Source: Trueperaceae bacterium
GTDB taxonomy: Bacteria > Deinococcota > Deinococci > Deinococcales > Trueperaceae
Length of the DNA stretch: 64,000 nt
Assembly: GCA_965215565.1 (NCBI GenBank)
Contig: CBDCDZ010000004.1
Coordinates: 608,001 to 672,000 of the forward strand
Direction of reading: 5' to 3'
In this document: positions 39,134 to 48,472 of the stretch, piece after piece
Layout of the letters: each line of letters opens with the position of its first letter
How positions within the stretch are numbered: the first letter of the stretch is position 1
Program-made: the position numbers and the translations under genes
Notes under the pieces: model-generated
Databases searched by the model: none
What the model was told of the DNA's origin: nothing
Seen by the model: the letters and a program-made list of their open reading frames with translations, nothing else

Positions 39134-39648
39134 TACACCCTCCTACGGTGATTACACTCAACTTGGAGGCAAAGACAAAGGTGCGCGACAAAGGCGAAGA
39201 GGTCGAGCGGTACGCCTTGGACTTTGCTCATCCTCGAGCTTACGGACTGGCCTACGCGCATCCGGTAGAAAACAAGTATGTGACGCGCCACGACTCTCAG
39301 GTGCTTCCTTCTCTCAACTTGCAAATCACGCGTTTTGACTGGCGCACGGACGACCATCCTTACGGCAAATACGACTACTACATCGATATTATTGGAGAGG
39401 TTGAGCAGAACGAAGAGGTCTGGACCGTGCGCGACCTCTACCTCGATGTTCTAGTTCTCGAGGGAAAGTGGGCTAAGGTGGTTGACACGGAGGACTACCT
39501 ACAGGCTGTAGACGCAGGGCACTTCCTCGCCGACGAGCGCGAGCTGACCTTACAGCGTACGCATTGGCTCGTCAACCAACTCGGTGAACACGGCTATTCG
39601 TTAGAACGCTTTTTGGCACAACACGACATACGCTTGGAGTGGGACTGA
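39130..39648 (+). CDS. DUF402-like protein
   Basis: YYIDI and DLYLDV motifs; GTGA overlap with trpG. Confidence 0.7.
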   Translation: MIHPPTVITLNLEAKTKVRDKGEEVERYALDFAHPRAYGLAYAHPVENKYVTRHDSQVLPSLNLQITRFDWRTDDHPYGKYDYYIDIIGEVEQNEEVWTVRDLYLDVLVLEGKWAKVVDTEDYLQAVDAGHFLADERELTLQRTHWLVNQLGEHGYSLERFLAQHDIRLEWD

Positions 39649-40283
39649 TGCTCGACCTCACCACGATTCTCGTCTTTTCAGCCGCTGCGCTGCTCCTTAG
39701 CATCACCCCCGGGCCGGACATGCTCTACATCATCGCGCGGAGCGTCGGGCAGGGTCGCGGGGCGGGCTTGGTCTCGATTCTCGGGATTTATACGGGCGTC
39801 GTGGTGCATATTGCGGCGGCGGTGCTGGGGCTTTCGGCGCTGCTTGCATCCTCAGCATTAGCGTTTAGCATCGTGAAGTACTTGGGCGCGGCGTACCTCA
39901 TCTACTTGGGCGTGCGCACATTATTGAGCAAAGATGAAGAGGTGGAGAAGCTCGAGCTGTCCCGCGCTGGCTCTTACAAAATCTACTACCAGGGCATGAT
40001 TACAAACGTCCTGAATCCTAAAATCGCCCTCTTCTTCCTCGCCTTCTTACCGCAATTTGTGGATTCAGGAAACGGCGCAGTCGTTACGCAAATCCTCTTG
40101 CTCGGTCTGCTTTTCGTGGTGAACGGCGCACTTGTAGACATTGCGGTTGCGCTGCTCGCAGGTGCACTCGGCAACTGGCTCAAGGCGAAGACGGTCTTTT
40201 GGCAAGCGCAACGCTGGTTTACGGGGACGGTTTTTATCGCGCTGGGCATCGGCACGGCGTTCACAGATACGCGCAAGACGTAA
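39648..40283 (+). CDS. LysE/RhtB-family amino acid exporter
   Basis: TPGPDM, KYLGAAYL and NVLNPK motifs. Confidence 0.92.
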   Translation: MLDLTTILVFSAAALLLSITPGPDMLYIIARSVGQGRGAGLVSILGIYTGVVVHIAAAVLGLSALLASSALAFSIVKYLGAAYLIYLGVRTLLSKDEEVEKLELSRAGSYKIYYQGMITNVLNPKIALFFLAFLPQFVDSGNGAVVTQILLLGLLFVVNGALVDIAVALLAGALGNWLKAKTVFWQAQRWFTGTVFIALGIGTAFTDTRKT

Positions 40284-40670
40284 ATGGCGCAGGTTGTAGT
40301 TTACGGGCTAAGAGGTCATTTGGAAGAGGTTAGGACTGAACTTTCCGATGTAATTCATAGCTGCTTGGTGGACACTCTAGGATTCCCCGCCGACAAGAGG
40401 TTTCAGCGGTTTGTGGGGCTCGAGCCCCACGACTTTATCTCTCCCGCGAATCGAACAAAGAGGTATACGATTCTCGAAATCAGCATGTTCGAAGGGCGTA
40501 GTGTAGAGAGTAAGAAGAGATTCATCCGGCTGCTTTTTGAGAGGTGCAGCGCGTTAGGTATCGCAGAAAACGACTTAGAAATCACGATTTTTGAAATGCC
40601 CAAACACAATTGGGGCATTCGCGGCGTACCCGGAGATGAGCTAGACCTCTCGTACAAGGTTGAGGTTTAG
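40284..40670 (+). CDS. Tautomerase family protein
   Basis: MAQVVVYG, DKRFQRF, FEGRS..SKK and NWGIRG. Confidence 0.8.
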   Translation: MAQVVVYGLRGHLEEVRTELSDVIHSCLVDTLGFPADKRFQRFVGLEPHDFISPANRTKRYTILEISMFEGRSVESKKRFIRLLFERCSALGIAENDLEITIFEMPKHNWGIRGVPGDELDLSYKVEV

Positions 40671-40694
40671 TACACTGTCAGCTAAATAATGAAA

Positions 40695-40797
40695 CATGTC
40701 CTGAACGAAACGAAGTGGAGTGAAAGAATCTCTGCCCTTACCCTCTCCCCTGTCAGAGATTGCGAAACGAGACCCCTCGACTGGGCTCGGGGTGACA
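40695..40797. repeat. REP-like paired hairpin element
   Basis: Resembles the widespread GTCATCCTGAGCGAAGCGAAGGATCT...TGACA intergenic repeats; single degenerate copy. Confidence 0.4.
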
Positions 40798-40827
40798 AAC
40801 ATAATGTAAATCTTGGAGGAACCCAAC

Positions 40828-41862
40828 ATGGAAGCAACCGACTTCGACATCGCCCCCTTACTCACCGATGTCTTCGAAGGCAAAACGTTAGGTCAAGACC
40901 GAGCGCAACAGGTCATGGGGCAACTCATGGACGGTATTCTCAGCCAGATGCAAGCCGCCGCACTTTTGGCCGCCTTACGCACAAGAGGTGAAACGGTGGA
41001 TGAAATCATCGGCTTCGCCCAAGCGATGCGTAAGCGTGCTATCAAAGTTCATGCAAATGTTGACGGACCTCTTTTAGACACCTGCGGCACGGGCGGCACG
41101 GGCGTCAGCACGATTAACATCAGCACGGCGAGCCTCTTCGTGGTGGCGGCGGGCGGCGTAAAGGTTGCCAAGCACGGCAACCGCGCTGTAACGCGCAAGT
41201 CGGGGGCAGCGGATGTGTTGGAGGCGTTCGGCGTCAACCTGGAGGCGACGCCCGAACGCTTAGCCGAGAGCATCCGGGAGGTGGGGCTAGCGTTTATCTA
41301 CGCCCGCGCTCACCACCCCGCTATGAAGTTCGTCGCGCCGATTCGGGCGAACCTCAAAGCGCGTACCATCTTTAACTCACTCGGACCTCTTACGAACCCG
41401 GCCGGGGCGAATAGACAACTTTTGGGCGTCTACGATCCGGCGCTGACCGAACCTCTTGCGCAAGTTTTAGGCGGGCTCGGCGCAGAACGTGCGATGGTTG
41501 TCTACGGTGACGGCATTGATGAGCTTACTGTGTGCGGCGAGACGAAGGTGACAGAACTTGACGCAGAGGGTACGCTCCGCAGCTACGTCGTGCATCCTAG
41601 AAGCGTCGGCTTGGCGGTCTATGACCGCGCCGAAATCATGGGCGGCACGCCCGAGGAGAATGCGGTCATGATTCGAGGCATTTTGCAAGGCGAGGTGCAC
41701 GGCGCGAAGCGTGACGTGGTGCTCCTCAATGCAGGCGCAGCGCTCTACTTGGCGAATAAAGCGCCAACGCTTGCGGAGGGTGTCGTGCTGGCGACTGAGT
41801 TGATTGAGGAGGGTAAGGCGGCGCGGAAGTTGGAGGAGTATGTCGCGTTTAGCCAAGGATAG
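40828..41862 (+). CDS. trpD: Anthranilate phosphoribosyltransferase
   Basis: DTCGTGG, NIST, KHGN, RTIFN.LGPLTNP and GIDE; GGAGG RBS. Confidence 0.96.
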   Translation: MEATDFDIAPLLTDVFEGKTLGQDRAQQVMGQLMDGILSQMQAAALLAALRTRGETVDEIIGFAQAMRKRAIKVHANVDGPLLDTCGTGGTGVSTINISTASLFVVAAGGVKVAKHGNRAVTRKSGAADVLEAFGVNLEATPERLAESIREVGLAFIYARAHHPAMKFVAPIRANLKARTIFNSLGPLTNPAGANRQLLGVYDPALTEPLAQVLGGLGAERAMVVYGDGIDELTVCGETKVTELDAEGTLRSYVVHPRSVGLAVYDRAEIMGGTPEENAVMIRGILQGEVHGAKRDVVLLNAGAALYLANKAPTLAEGVVLATELIEEGKAARKLEEYVAFSQG

Positions 41863-41890
41863 AAGAGGTCTCGAGCTAAGACCCTAACCG

Positions 41891-42244
41891 CTATTCTGGA
41901 CGCACTTCATCTGGTTCTGGGTCAACCTCAAATTGAACTGCTTGAGTTTCTTTCATACCAAGCAACCACGCTTTCGCGATTCTATGCCCGCCGTCCATCA
42001 AATGACCTTCGGCTGACAGAATGATGGGATAAGACGAATCAGCCTCATAAATCCGTTTGGCGTGAGCGGCTACGGCTCGGCAAGTGGGCGTATCAGTCTG
42101 ATCGAACCAACAGTTCTGGTCAAACTCTGCGACGTTTTCGATAAGAATAGTCTTAACCGGGAGACCTTCTGCAAGCCGCCAAAGCCGCTCCACATACCAA
42201 ACATACCACCCATCCGATTTTAACCGTGAATGTTTGTGTACCAC
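41891..42244 (-). CDS. Small ParB/sulfiredoxin-like domain protein
   Basis: YPIIL...LMDGGHRIAKA motif. Confidence 0.65.
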   Translation of the reverse strand: MVHKHSRLKSDGWYVWYVERLWRLAEGLPVKTILIENVAEFDQNCWFDQTDTPTCRAVAAHAKRIYEADSSYPIILSAEGHLMDGGHRIAKAWLLGMKETQAVQFEVDPEPDEVRPE

Positions 42245-42281
42245 GGGCTTTAATTGTATCGCACGAAGCTAAGTAGCGTAG

Positions 42282-42746
42282 CTACAGATGAACCTCTCGC
42301 CCATCTTGGAGCCGCACGTGTCCCGTTTCCAGCAGCACCTTGAGCTTCAGCAAGTTCTCCGCCACTGCCCCTTTAACCTTACGCTCGGCGAAGCCCTTGA
42401 AGAGCCCTAGCGACGCGCCGCCTAGCGTCCACTCGTCGGTGAGTTTGGTGCTGCCGTTCGTTTCTACAAGCGTGAAGCGCATCTTGAGCATCCGCGCAGG
42501 TGGCAATGTTTCGACGGTAACGGCGCGGTTGGGGCTGTATTCGACGACTTCATAATCTTGCGTGTCCGTTTTGCGCACTTGGCGGTAGACCGTGCCGGTC
42601 TTGCTCACACGCCCTGAAAGTTTGTTGACGGTGAGCACGTGGTAGTTCCACTTAGGCATGTTGCGAAAGTCCGCGAGAAAAGCGAAGACCTCTTCACAGG
42701 GGCGGTCGATGAGAAGGCTGTTTTTGAAGGTGATGATGCGCGTCAT
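42282..42746 (-). CDS. SRPBCC family protein
   Basis: IDRPCEEVFAFLADFRNMPKW...LKVLLE. Confidence 0.85.
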   Translation of the reverse strand: MTRIITFKNSLLIDRPCEEVFAFLADFRNMPKWNYHVLTVNKLSGRVSKTGTVYRQVRKTDTQDYEVVEYSPNRAVTVETLPPARMLKMRFTLVETNGSTKLTDEWTLGGASLGLFKGFAERKVKGAVAENLLKLKVLLETGHVRLQDGREVHL

Positions 42747-42965
42747 CTAACCGCGCTCGTTTCCACGTTTGAAATTGCCCGTCAGCTTTGCCATGATGAG
42801 CTGAGCATTTTGGGAGGTTGCGTGCTCGAGCCTCCCCACCACCCTCTTCGCCTCTTTCCCTTTGAGGATTTTTACGCGCCTACCCTCCCAAAAGATAAAG
42901 AGGGTATCCTTACCTGCCTGATAAGAGAAAGGTGCTTCGCCCAGCTTGCCTCGTTTGTCAACCAC
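42747..42965 (-). CDS. Small conserved-looking hypothetical protein
   Basis: PFSY...QLIMAKLTGNFKRGNE; GAGG RBS; abuts the SRPBCC gene. Confidence 0.7.
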   Translation of the reverse strand: MVDKRGKLGEAPFSYQAGKDTLFIFWEGRRVKILKGKEAKRVVGRLEHATSQNAQLIMAKLTGNFKRGNERG

Positions 42966-42990
42966 CTCTTCAGTTTACGACAAACTCGGG

Positions 42991-43560
42991 TCATGAAGAC
43001 TGAACGAACGCCTTGACCTCTTCTTTCGAGTCGCGCCCAAATTTCTTCTGCACGAGCCGCGCAAAGGGGTGACCCAACCTCGCGAGCAGATGCTTCGGCT
43101 TGGAGACCGCGAAGACCTCGTACCAGACCGAATCATCTGAGAGCCACTCCACCAAGAAGCGCTCTTCGCCGCTCTCGACGTGCTTGGGCAGCGTGCCAAG
43201 GGCGAAGCAGTAGCGCCGCTTATCGTCGACGACATAGACGATTCTCACTGCACTTTTCACCCATACCCCAGGCAGGTGCGCGAGAATCCCCACGGACACG
43301 CCCTCTTTAATCGGCACGTCCGGCGGGTAGAGCGTCATCCAGGCGCTCGGGTAGACCTTCCAGGTGCGCACCGCCTCTACCGCGCGCTCAAACACCTCTT
43401 TCCCCTCACCGAGTTTGACGCGGTAGCGGTCAACAGCGTACTTGTCAGGCACGCTGTCCTCTTGCGACATGCCGATGTCGTCATAAGAGAAGGGCTCGGC
43501 GCTCTGCTGGGCTAAAAAGGTGCGCATCTCACGCTCTGACGGTTGGCGGAGGGAAAACAT
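42991..43560 (-). CDS. DUF1990 family protein
   Basis: FSY, LGEG...FERA, RIVYVVD and GTLPKHVESGEERF. Confidence 0.85.
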   Translation of the reverse strand: MFSLRQPSEREMRTFLAQQSAEPFSYDDIGMSQEDSVPDKYAVDRYRVKLGEGKEVFERAVEAVRTWKVYPSAWMTLYPPDVPIKEGVSVGILAHLPGVWVKSAVRIVYVVDDKRRYCFALGTLPKHVESGEERFLVEWLSDDSVWYEVFAVSKPKHLLARLGHPFARLVQKKFGRDSKEEVKAFVQSS

Positions 43561-43604
43561 AGCACTAGTGTGGCGCGTTTTCGTGGTGAGGACTAGGGGG
43601 TAAA

Positions 43605-43667
43605 GAGCAATGAGTTGAAAGCAATGAGCAATGAGTCTAAAGTCCTTGAATTCCACTCATTGCTCAT
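43605..43667. repeat. Repeat family C (GAGCAATGAGT...ACTCATTGCTC hairpin)
   Basis: Also present at 46631-46703 and 59875-59930. Confidence 0.7.
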
Positions 43668-43839
43668 ATAGGTGAGCACGTAAAGTGCTACGGGCGCAGC
43701 CCTTAACCTAGCTCGGTACTCATTGCTTCTTTTCTCCTCGTTGCTGTCTTTCGTAAACACAGATGAAGTCTCAACGCTACTTGCAAGGTACACTAAAGAG
43801 GTTAAAAGAACCACGAACCTAGTCTTAGAGAGGACCAAT

Positions 43840-45225
43840 ATGGACTACGAACTACTGATTATCGGCTCAGGACCGGGCGGCTACCACGCGGCGATTCGCG
43901 CGGCGCAGCTCGGGATGAAAGTGGCGTGTGTGGAACAGGAGTATGTGGGCGGTGTGTGCCTCAACGTCGGCTGCATCCCTACCAAAGCGCTCCTCCACGT
44001 TGCCGAAGACTTGCGTGAAGCGAAGCACGCGGAGGATTACGGCATCAAGTTCGGTGAGCCGGAAATTGATCTCAAGGCGATGGACAAATGGAAGGACGGC
44101 GTCGTCAAGAAGCTCACAGGCGGTGTGCGCAGCCTCTTCAAAGGCAACAAGGTCGAACTGATCGAGGGGACCGCCAAGTTCAAGGACGAAAATACGGTAG
44201 AGGTCGGCGACAAGACCGTCACAGCGGACAAAATTATTGTGGCGACGGGCTCGGAGCCAATTGAAATTCCCGGTTTCGAGACGAACGGCGAGACGATTGT
44301 CAACTCGACGGGTGCGCTTCTGGTCTCCGAAGTGCCGGAGCGCTTTCTAGCCATCGGCGGCAGCGCCATCGGCTTAGAGTTCTCGGACATTTATAACGCA
44401 CTAGGCTCCGAAGTGACCGTCGTCGAACTCATGGACCAGATCGTCCCGACGTCCGACCCCGACGCGGCGAAGGAGTTGCGCAAGTCGTTCGAGAAGCGCG
44501 GCATCAATATTAAGACGGGCGCGAAGGCGACGGGGCAGAAGGAGACCGATGACGGGCTAGAGGTCACGCTCGAGACTGAAGACGGTGAAGAGACCATCAC
44601 CGTGGACAAGATTCTCGTCGCGGTAGGGCGCAAGCCGAGGGGGGAAAACTTAGGGCTCGAGGACATCGGCGTCAAAGTCGAGCAGGGTTTCATTCCCACG
44701 AACAACCACATGCAGACCAACGTCCCGCATATCTACGCCATCGGCGACGTGGCGCGTCCGCCCCTCTTGGCGCATAAAGCCATGAAAGAGGGCTTAGTCG
44801 CCGCCGAGCACGCCTCCGGCAAACCGAGCGCGTACGACACTATCGTACCGAGCGTCGTCTACACGAGCCCCGAACTCGCGTCCGTCGGCATGAGCGAGCA
44901 GGAGGCGAAAGACGCGGGACACAACGTCATCGTGGGTAGCTTCCCGATGCAAGCCTCCGGGCGCGCCATGACGCTAGGCGTCACCGAGGGCATCGTTAAA
45001 GTCATCGCCGACGAAGAGTCGGACCAGCTTTTAGGCTTTCACATGGTTGGACCGAGCGCGGGAGATATGGTCTCCGAGGCAGCACTCGCCATCGAGATGG
45101 GCGCGACGCTAGGTGACATCTCGCTGACGCAGCACGCGCATCCCACCATCGCTGAGAGCTTTATGGAGGCGGCGGAGGCGGCGCACGGCGAGGCGATTCA
45201 TATTGCAAATAAGAAGAAAAAGTAG
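43840..45225 (+). CDS. lpdA: Dihydrolipoyl dehydrogenase
   Basis: [24 protein letters not shown] and HPTIAE. Confidence 0.96.
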   Translation: MDYELLIIGSGPGGYHAAIRAAQLGMKVACVEQEYVGGVCLNVGCIPTKALLHVAEDLREAKHAEDYGIKFGEPEIDLKAMDKWKDGVVKKLTGGVRSLFKGNKVELIEGTAKFKDENTVEVGDKTVTADKIIVATGSEPIEIPGFETNGETIVNSTGALLVSEVPERFLAIGGSAIGLEFSDIYNALGSEVTVVELMDQIVPTSDPDAAKELRKSFEKRGINIKTGAKATGQKETDDGLEVTLETEDGEETITVDKILVAVGRKPRGENLGLEDIGVKVEQGFIPTNNHMQTNVPHIYAIGDVARPPLLAHKAMKEGLVAAEHASGKPSAYDTIVPSVVYTSPELASVGMSEQEAKDAGHNVIVGSFPMQASGRAMTLGVTEGIVKVIADEESDQLLGFHMVGPSAGDMVSEAALAIEMGATLGDISLTQHAHPTIAESFMEAAEAAHGEAIHIANKKKK

Positions 45226-45368
45226 CAGGTATCATCTGGTCACATCACAGCAGATATCAAAGCCTGTCTCCCGCTGGTCGGAGCTGGTCATAGATAAACC
45301 AAGTTGAACAGGCGTTATAGTAGGCAATCGATGTGATGGTACCTGTGATCATTTCTTAATCAAACGAA

Positions 45369-45400
45369 AAGAGGTAGCGCTGAGCTACCTCTTCTTTTTT
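45369..45400 (+). terminator. Intrinsic terminator after lpdA
   Basis: AAGAGGTAGC-GCTGA-GCTACCTCTT followed by a T-run. Confidence 0.8.
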
Positions 45401-45421
45401 GCGTCATATCGTAGCAAGGGG

Positions 45422-45582
45422 TTATACGGATTCCGGTTGATTGCTACATAAACTCCGACGCTTCGCGCTTCGTTGGAGTCGGAGTTTCTTCCGCAATCAC
45501 CGGAATCCGTCACTGTTTTTACTCGCATCCGCTCGGGATTAAACACGCTACTTTGTAGCGTGTTTAATCGGAAAGGGTATTA
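45422..45582. repeat. Repeat family A, copy 3 (no nested insert)
   Basis: TTA-TACGGATTCC...GGAAAGGGTA-TTA; the right TTA is the stop codon of the GNAT gene. Confidence 0.8.
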
Positions 45583-46509
45583 CAACCCTTTGTTAGCGAA
45601 CGTCACCCAATCGGGTTCAATCTCGAAGCCGAGTTTGCGCAAAACATACTGCGTAGAGGCGTTTTCTTTTGCGCCGCCACCCGCGTTGAGTTCGGTGTAG
45701 CCTCTGGATTGAGCGAACTCAGCGACTAGGGCCCCTAACACCGTTCCAATTCCTCGGTTACGGTAAGCGCGTGAAACGCCTAGAAAAGCGATGGCTGTCG
45801 TTGTTCTGTCGTCCACCTCGAGCCCCGCATATCCAACATACTGCTCGTTATGCACAGCGACAAAAATGCTGCTCCGATTTATCTCAGGACTATGAATGTC
45901 AGGGTGATGTTTGGGAATAATCGGCTCATGATAGGGGGCGTCGGCTTCTGTTTCAGCGTGAAGCGCTAAGAGTTTTTCGTCTCTCTCAGCGTCACCCAAG
46001 AGGTCAGGAAAAGGTTTGATGGCGACGCCTTCTGCCTCCAACCTCTCTGTCAGAGGTGAAAACTCGGTAGCGTCAAACTGCGAGAGGTTAAGCTCGCCGC
46101 CGAAGCTGCGGAACTGTTCTGTAAATCCTTCCAGATAACCCGACATCGGCACGAAGTCCTCACGGACGCAGCTCCAGACCTCTTTAGCGGATAAGTTAAA
46201 ATGGGTTAGGGCGTACTCGAGCACCCGCGTGTCTACACCTGTGTTGCGGTGGTCGGCTCGAGTCACAATCCCCGTCCACGTGCGCCCTGAAACGGTTGTC
46301 CCCGCCCAATTTGTCGTGAGATACCCTGTCGCGATGACCTCACCGTCTTTTTCGGCAACGTAGCGCCGATAGTGTGGGTCACTGCGCCGCTTGATCTTAT
46401 CCGAACACTGCATCTGCTCGGGTGTAATCTGAAAGTGAGGTTCGTTTTGGGCGTTATGAACCTTTGCTGCTTGGGGGTAGTCCTGTTCTGCAATGCTGCG
46501 AATAAGCAA
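45580..46509 (-). CDS. Tandem GNAT acetyltransferase
   Basis: Two motif-A segments (HRNTGV, YRNRGIG) and KLGF. Confidence 0.85.
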   Translation of the reverse strand: MLIRSIAEQDYPQAAKVHNAQNEPHFQITPEQMQCSDKIKRRSDPHYRRYVAEKDGEVIATGYLTTNWAGTTVSGRTWTGIVTRADHRNTGVDTRVLEYALTHFNLSAKEVWSCVREDFVPMSGYLEGFTEQFRSFGGELNLSQFDATEFSPLTERLEAEGVAIKPFPDLLGDAERDEKLLALHAETEADAPYHEPIIPKHHPDIHSPEINRSSIFVAVHNEQYVGYAGLEVDDRTTTAIAFLGVSRAYRNRGIGTVLGALVAEFAQSRGYTELNAGGGAKENASTQYVLRKLGFEIEPDWVTFANKGL

Positions 46510-46630
46510 GATGTGCTCCTCTGATTGAGTGAGACGTTAAAGGCTGCTGGTCGTAAAGGTACTCAGTCATCAAAACACCTGCTTTCTGCTGAGCACTCTA
46601 GCACGAAAGGAAGCAATCCAGTCGAGCTGG

Positions 46631-46703
46631 ACGAACGGTGAGAAACGAGCAATAAGTTGAAAGTAGAAAGCCTGAAGGTTTCAACTCATTGCTCACCGTT
46701 CGT
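46631..46703. repeat. Repeat family C hairpin
   Basis: ACGAACGGTGAG...ACTCATTGCTCACCGTTCGT. Confidence 0.65.
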
Positions 46704-46729
46704 TCCTACAGCTAGTGAGAGCATATGTA

Positions 46730-46948
46730 TAGCAATTAACATAAGTACTGATTGGAATAGCGTAAGTCTCAGCCTGCTAAGGTTAGCGGGATTTCATTCT
46801 CAAATGTGCGTGCTGCTTTCTGAAAGCCCGTAGGGACGAAGTTTTCGCAAAGCGAATGACGTAGTTTGCCGTTAGGCAACGGTGTTCTACATCGTGAGAG
46901 CGTCTCTTCGCAAAACTTACGTACACTCAAACTAAATAATACTTGCTA
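46730..46948. repeat. Repeat family B, composite copy
   Basis: TAGCAA...TTGCTA ends flanked by TA/TA; internal modules shared with the 1791 and 30565 copies. Confidence 0.8.
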
Positions 46949-46950
46949 TA

Positions 46951-47198
46951 GCTGTAGAATTCGCCCCCGAGAAGGTGCTTAATTTGTTTATCTTCGAAGG
47001 GTCCAAGTTCAATCTCCGTCCGTTTTCCGTACCTCTTTACAGCTTCACGAACTTTCTCTAAAGCGTAATCGCGAACGCTAGCCACGATCTTGAACTTTTG
47101 ATCTGTCCTCTGGTCATAAAGAAGCTGAAGCACGTAGTTAAAGCCGCTTACACGGTTTGCATCATCGGCAAAAATGAGGTACTCGCTTGAGTCGGATT
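46951..47198 (-). pseudogene. Internal fragment of a STAND/NACHT-like P-loop ATPase
   Basis: Reads YLIFADDANRVSGFNYVLQLL...KIVASVRDY...IELGPFEDKQI (Walker B and sensor-1-like strand); AT-rich. Confidence 0.65.
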
Positions 47199-47603
47199 GC
47201 TCAGGTGACCCTCTGGACCGATGACCACGCTCTGAACCGAGATGAAGTGATTTAGGGGTGCGCTCTCATCCAGTTGGTTCGTCTCTGCGTCAGGGTAGGG
47301 GACGACTTCGCCATCTATGACCTCCGCGACGGTTGTGGGCACCCCCTCTTCCCAGCGCGGGAAGTTGACGAACACGCGCCCGTCCTCAGACACCGTGACG
47401 CCTGTAGGCATCAGCTCGGGAAAGGTCGCGACGACTTCGGGTTCACCAATGGGGCGGCGTTCGGGTAGATTCTGCGGTGCGCCGAGTGTTGCACCGCCTG
47501 TCATCTCGCTTACCGTACCACCTGACGATGTACCGCCCGTTTGAGCGAACGCGCCCGTTGTCAGTAAAGTGATAGTGAGTGCTGCGAGTAAACTTCGGTT
47601 CAT
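47199..47603 (-). pseudogene. 5' part of a secreted MRJP/Yellow (beta-propeller) family protein
   Basis: Signal peptide, PTGVTVS.DGRVFVNFPRW, VPYPD and SVQSV; breaks off after GPEGHL. Confidence 0.8.
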
Positions 47604-47797
47604 ACGGTCTGCGTCTCCGCGACGTTGTGACCGAACAAAGCCAAGGTGTCCGCGTGGTCGGTGTAGGAACCGGGCTAACCTTCGCTGCCGAAGGTCGCCT
47701 TGAGCGCAGCGGCGGCGGTGCAGAGCCGCGTATTGCCGTCCATGTGCAGCGTGCCTGAGCCCGCCTTACCGATGACGCCCAGCGTGTAGTACTCCTC
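47600..47797 (-). pseudogene. Internal fragment of a molybdopterin oxidoreductase (NasA/NarB-like)
   Basis: Frame not in the ORF track: EEYYTLGVIGKAG..T.HMDGNTRLCT...FGSEG*PGSYTD...FGHNVAETQTV with an internal stop. Confidence 0.7.
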
Positions 47798-47808
47798 ACA
47801 ACGCCTAA

Positions 47809-48327
47809 TTAACGATTAACTTTGCCGCGCAACGCCTTCACCGCCCGCCACACCTCAGGCGCGGCGAGCGCAGCAGAAACGACCGAGGCGAGCGTCGCCA
47901 CCTGACAGTACTGGCAAAACGCCCCGTTCTCCGCCCACTCCTCGCGAGCGAGTTGCAAGGTCGTGCCCACGTCGTAGAGGAGCTTCGCGCCCATCGCGAT
48001 GGGCAAAAGCGGCGTCTCGTCCGCCCGGTCCTCGCCACCTGCGCCCGCGAGCCAGGTCGTGACGGCGTAGGTCGTCACCATCGCCACACCGTCGGGGCTA
48101 CGGTAGCGCTTATAGGCGTAGTCCGAGGCGTCCACTTTGGTGGCGTTAAAGACCTTGCCGAGCTTGCCGGGTGGGTCGGGCAGACGGGGGACGAGGCCCA
48201 TCTGATAGGCCGAGACGAGCTGGCCCATCGAGACGCCCACGAGGTTTAGTCCGACGATCCAGCGGCGGCGGGTCAGGTCAGGCGTTTTGTGATTGCGCAG
48301 TTCACGGCTGAGTTGCGTTGGGTTCAT
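47809..48327 (-). CDS. Vitamin K epoxide reductase (VKOR)-like membrane protein
   Basis: YQMG...LPDPP, VDAS.YAY and CQYC redox motif. Confidence 0.75.
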   Translation of the reverse strand: MNPTQLSRELRNHKTPDLTRRRWIVGLNLVGVSMGQLVSAYQMGLVPRLPDPPGKLGKVFNATKVDASDYAYKRYRSPDGVAMVTTYAVTTWLAGAGGEDRADETPLLPIAMGAKLLYDVGTTLQLAREEWAENGAFCQYCQVATLASVVSAALAAPEVWRAVKALRGKVNR

Positions 48328-48472
48328 CTTTCTCCTTTATTCACAGTGTCGAGCGGTCCTTATGCGGCGGCGAGCGTTTAGCCGCCTCTTCGTTGTGCAG
48401 TTTCGTTGTGCGGCGCAGCAGGCTTCAGCGGTGCTCTTTGCTCTTCACCTCTCTAGTAGAATCAGCCTTCAC

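Noticed and set aside
47443..47799. 118-aa ORF on the minus strand
   Set aside because: Shadow frame of the molybdopterin oxidoreductase fragment and the MRJP start
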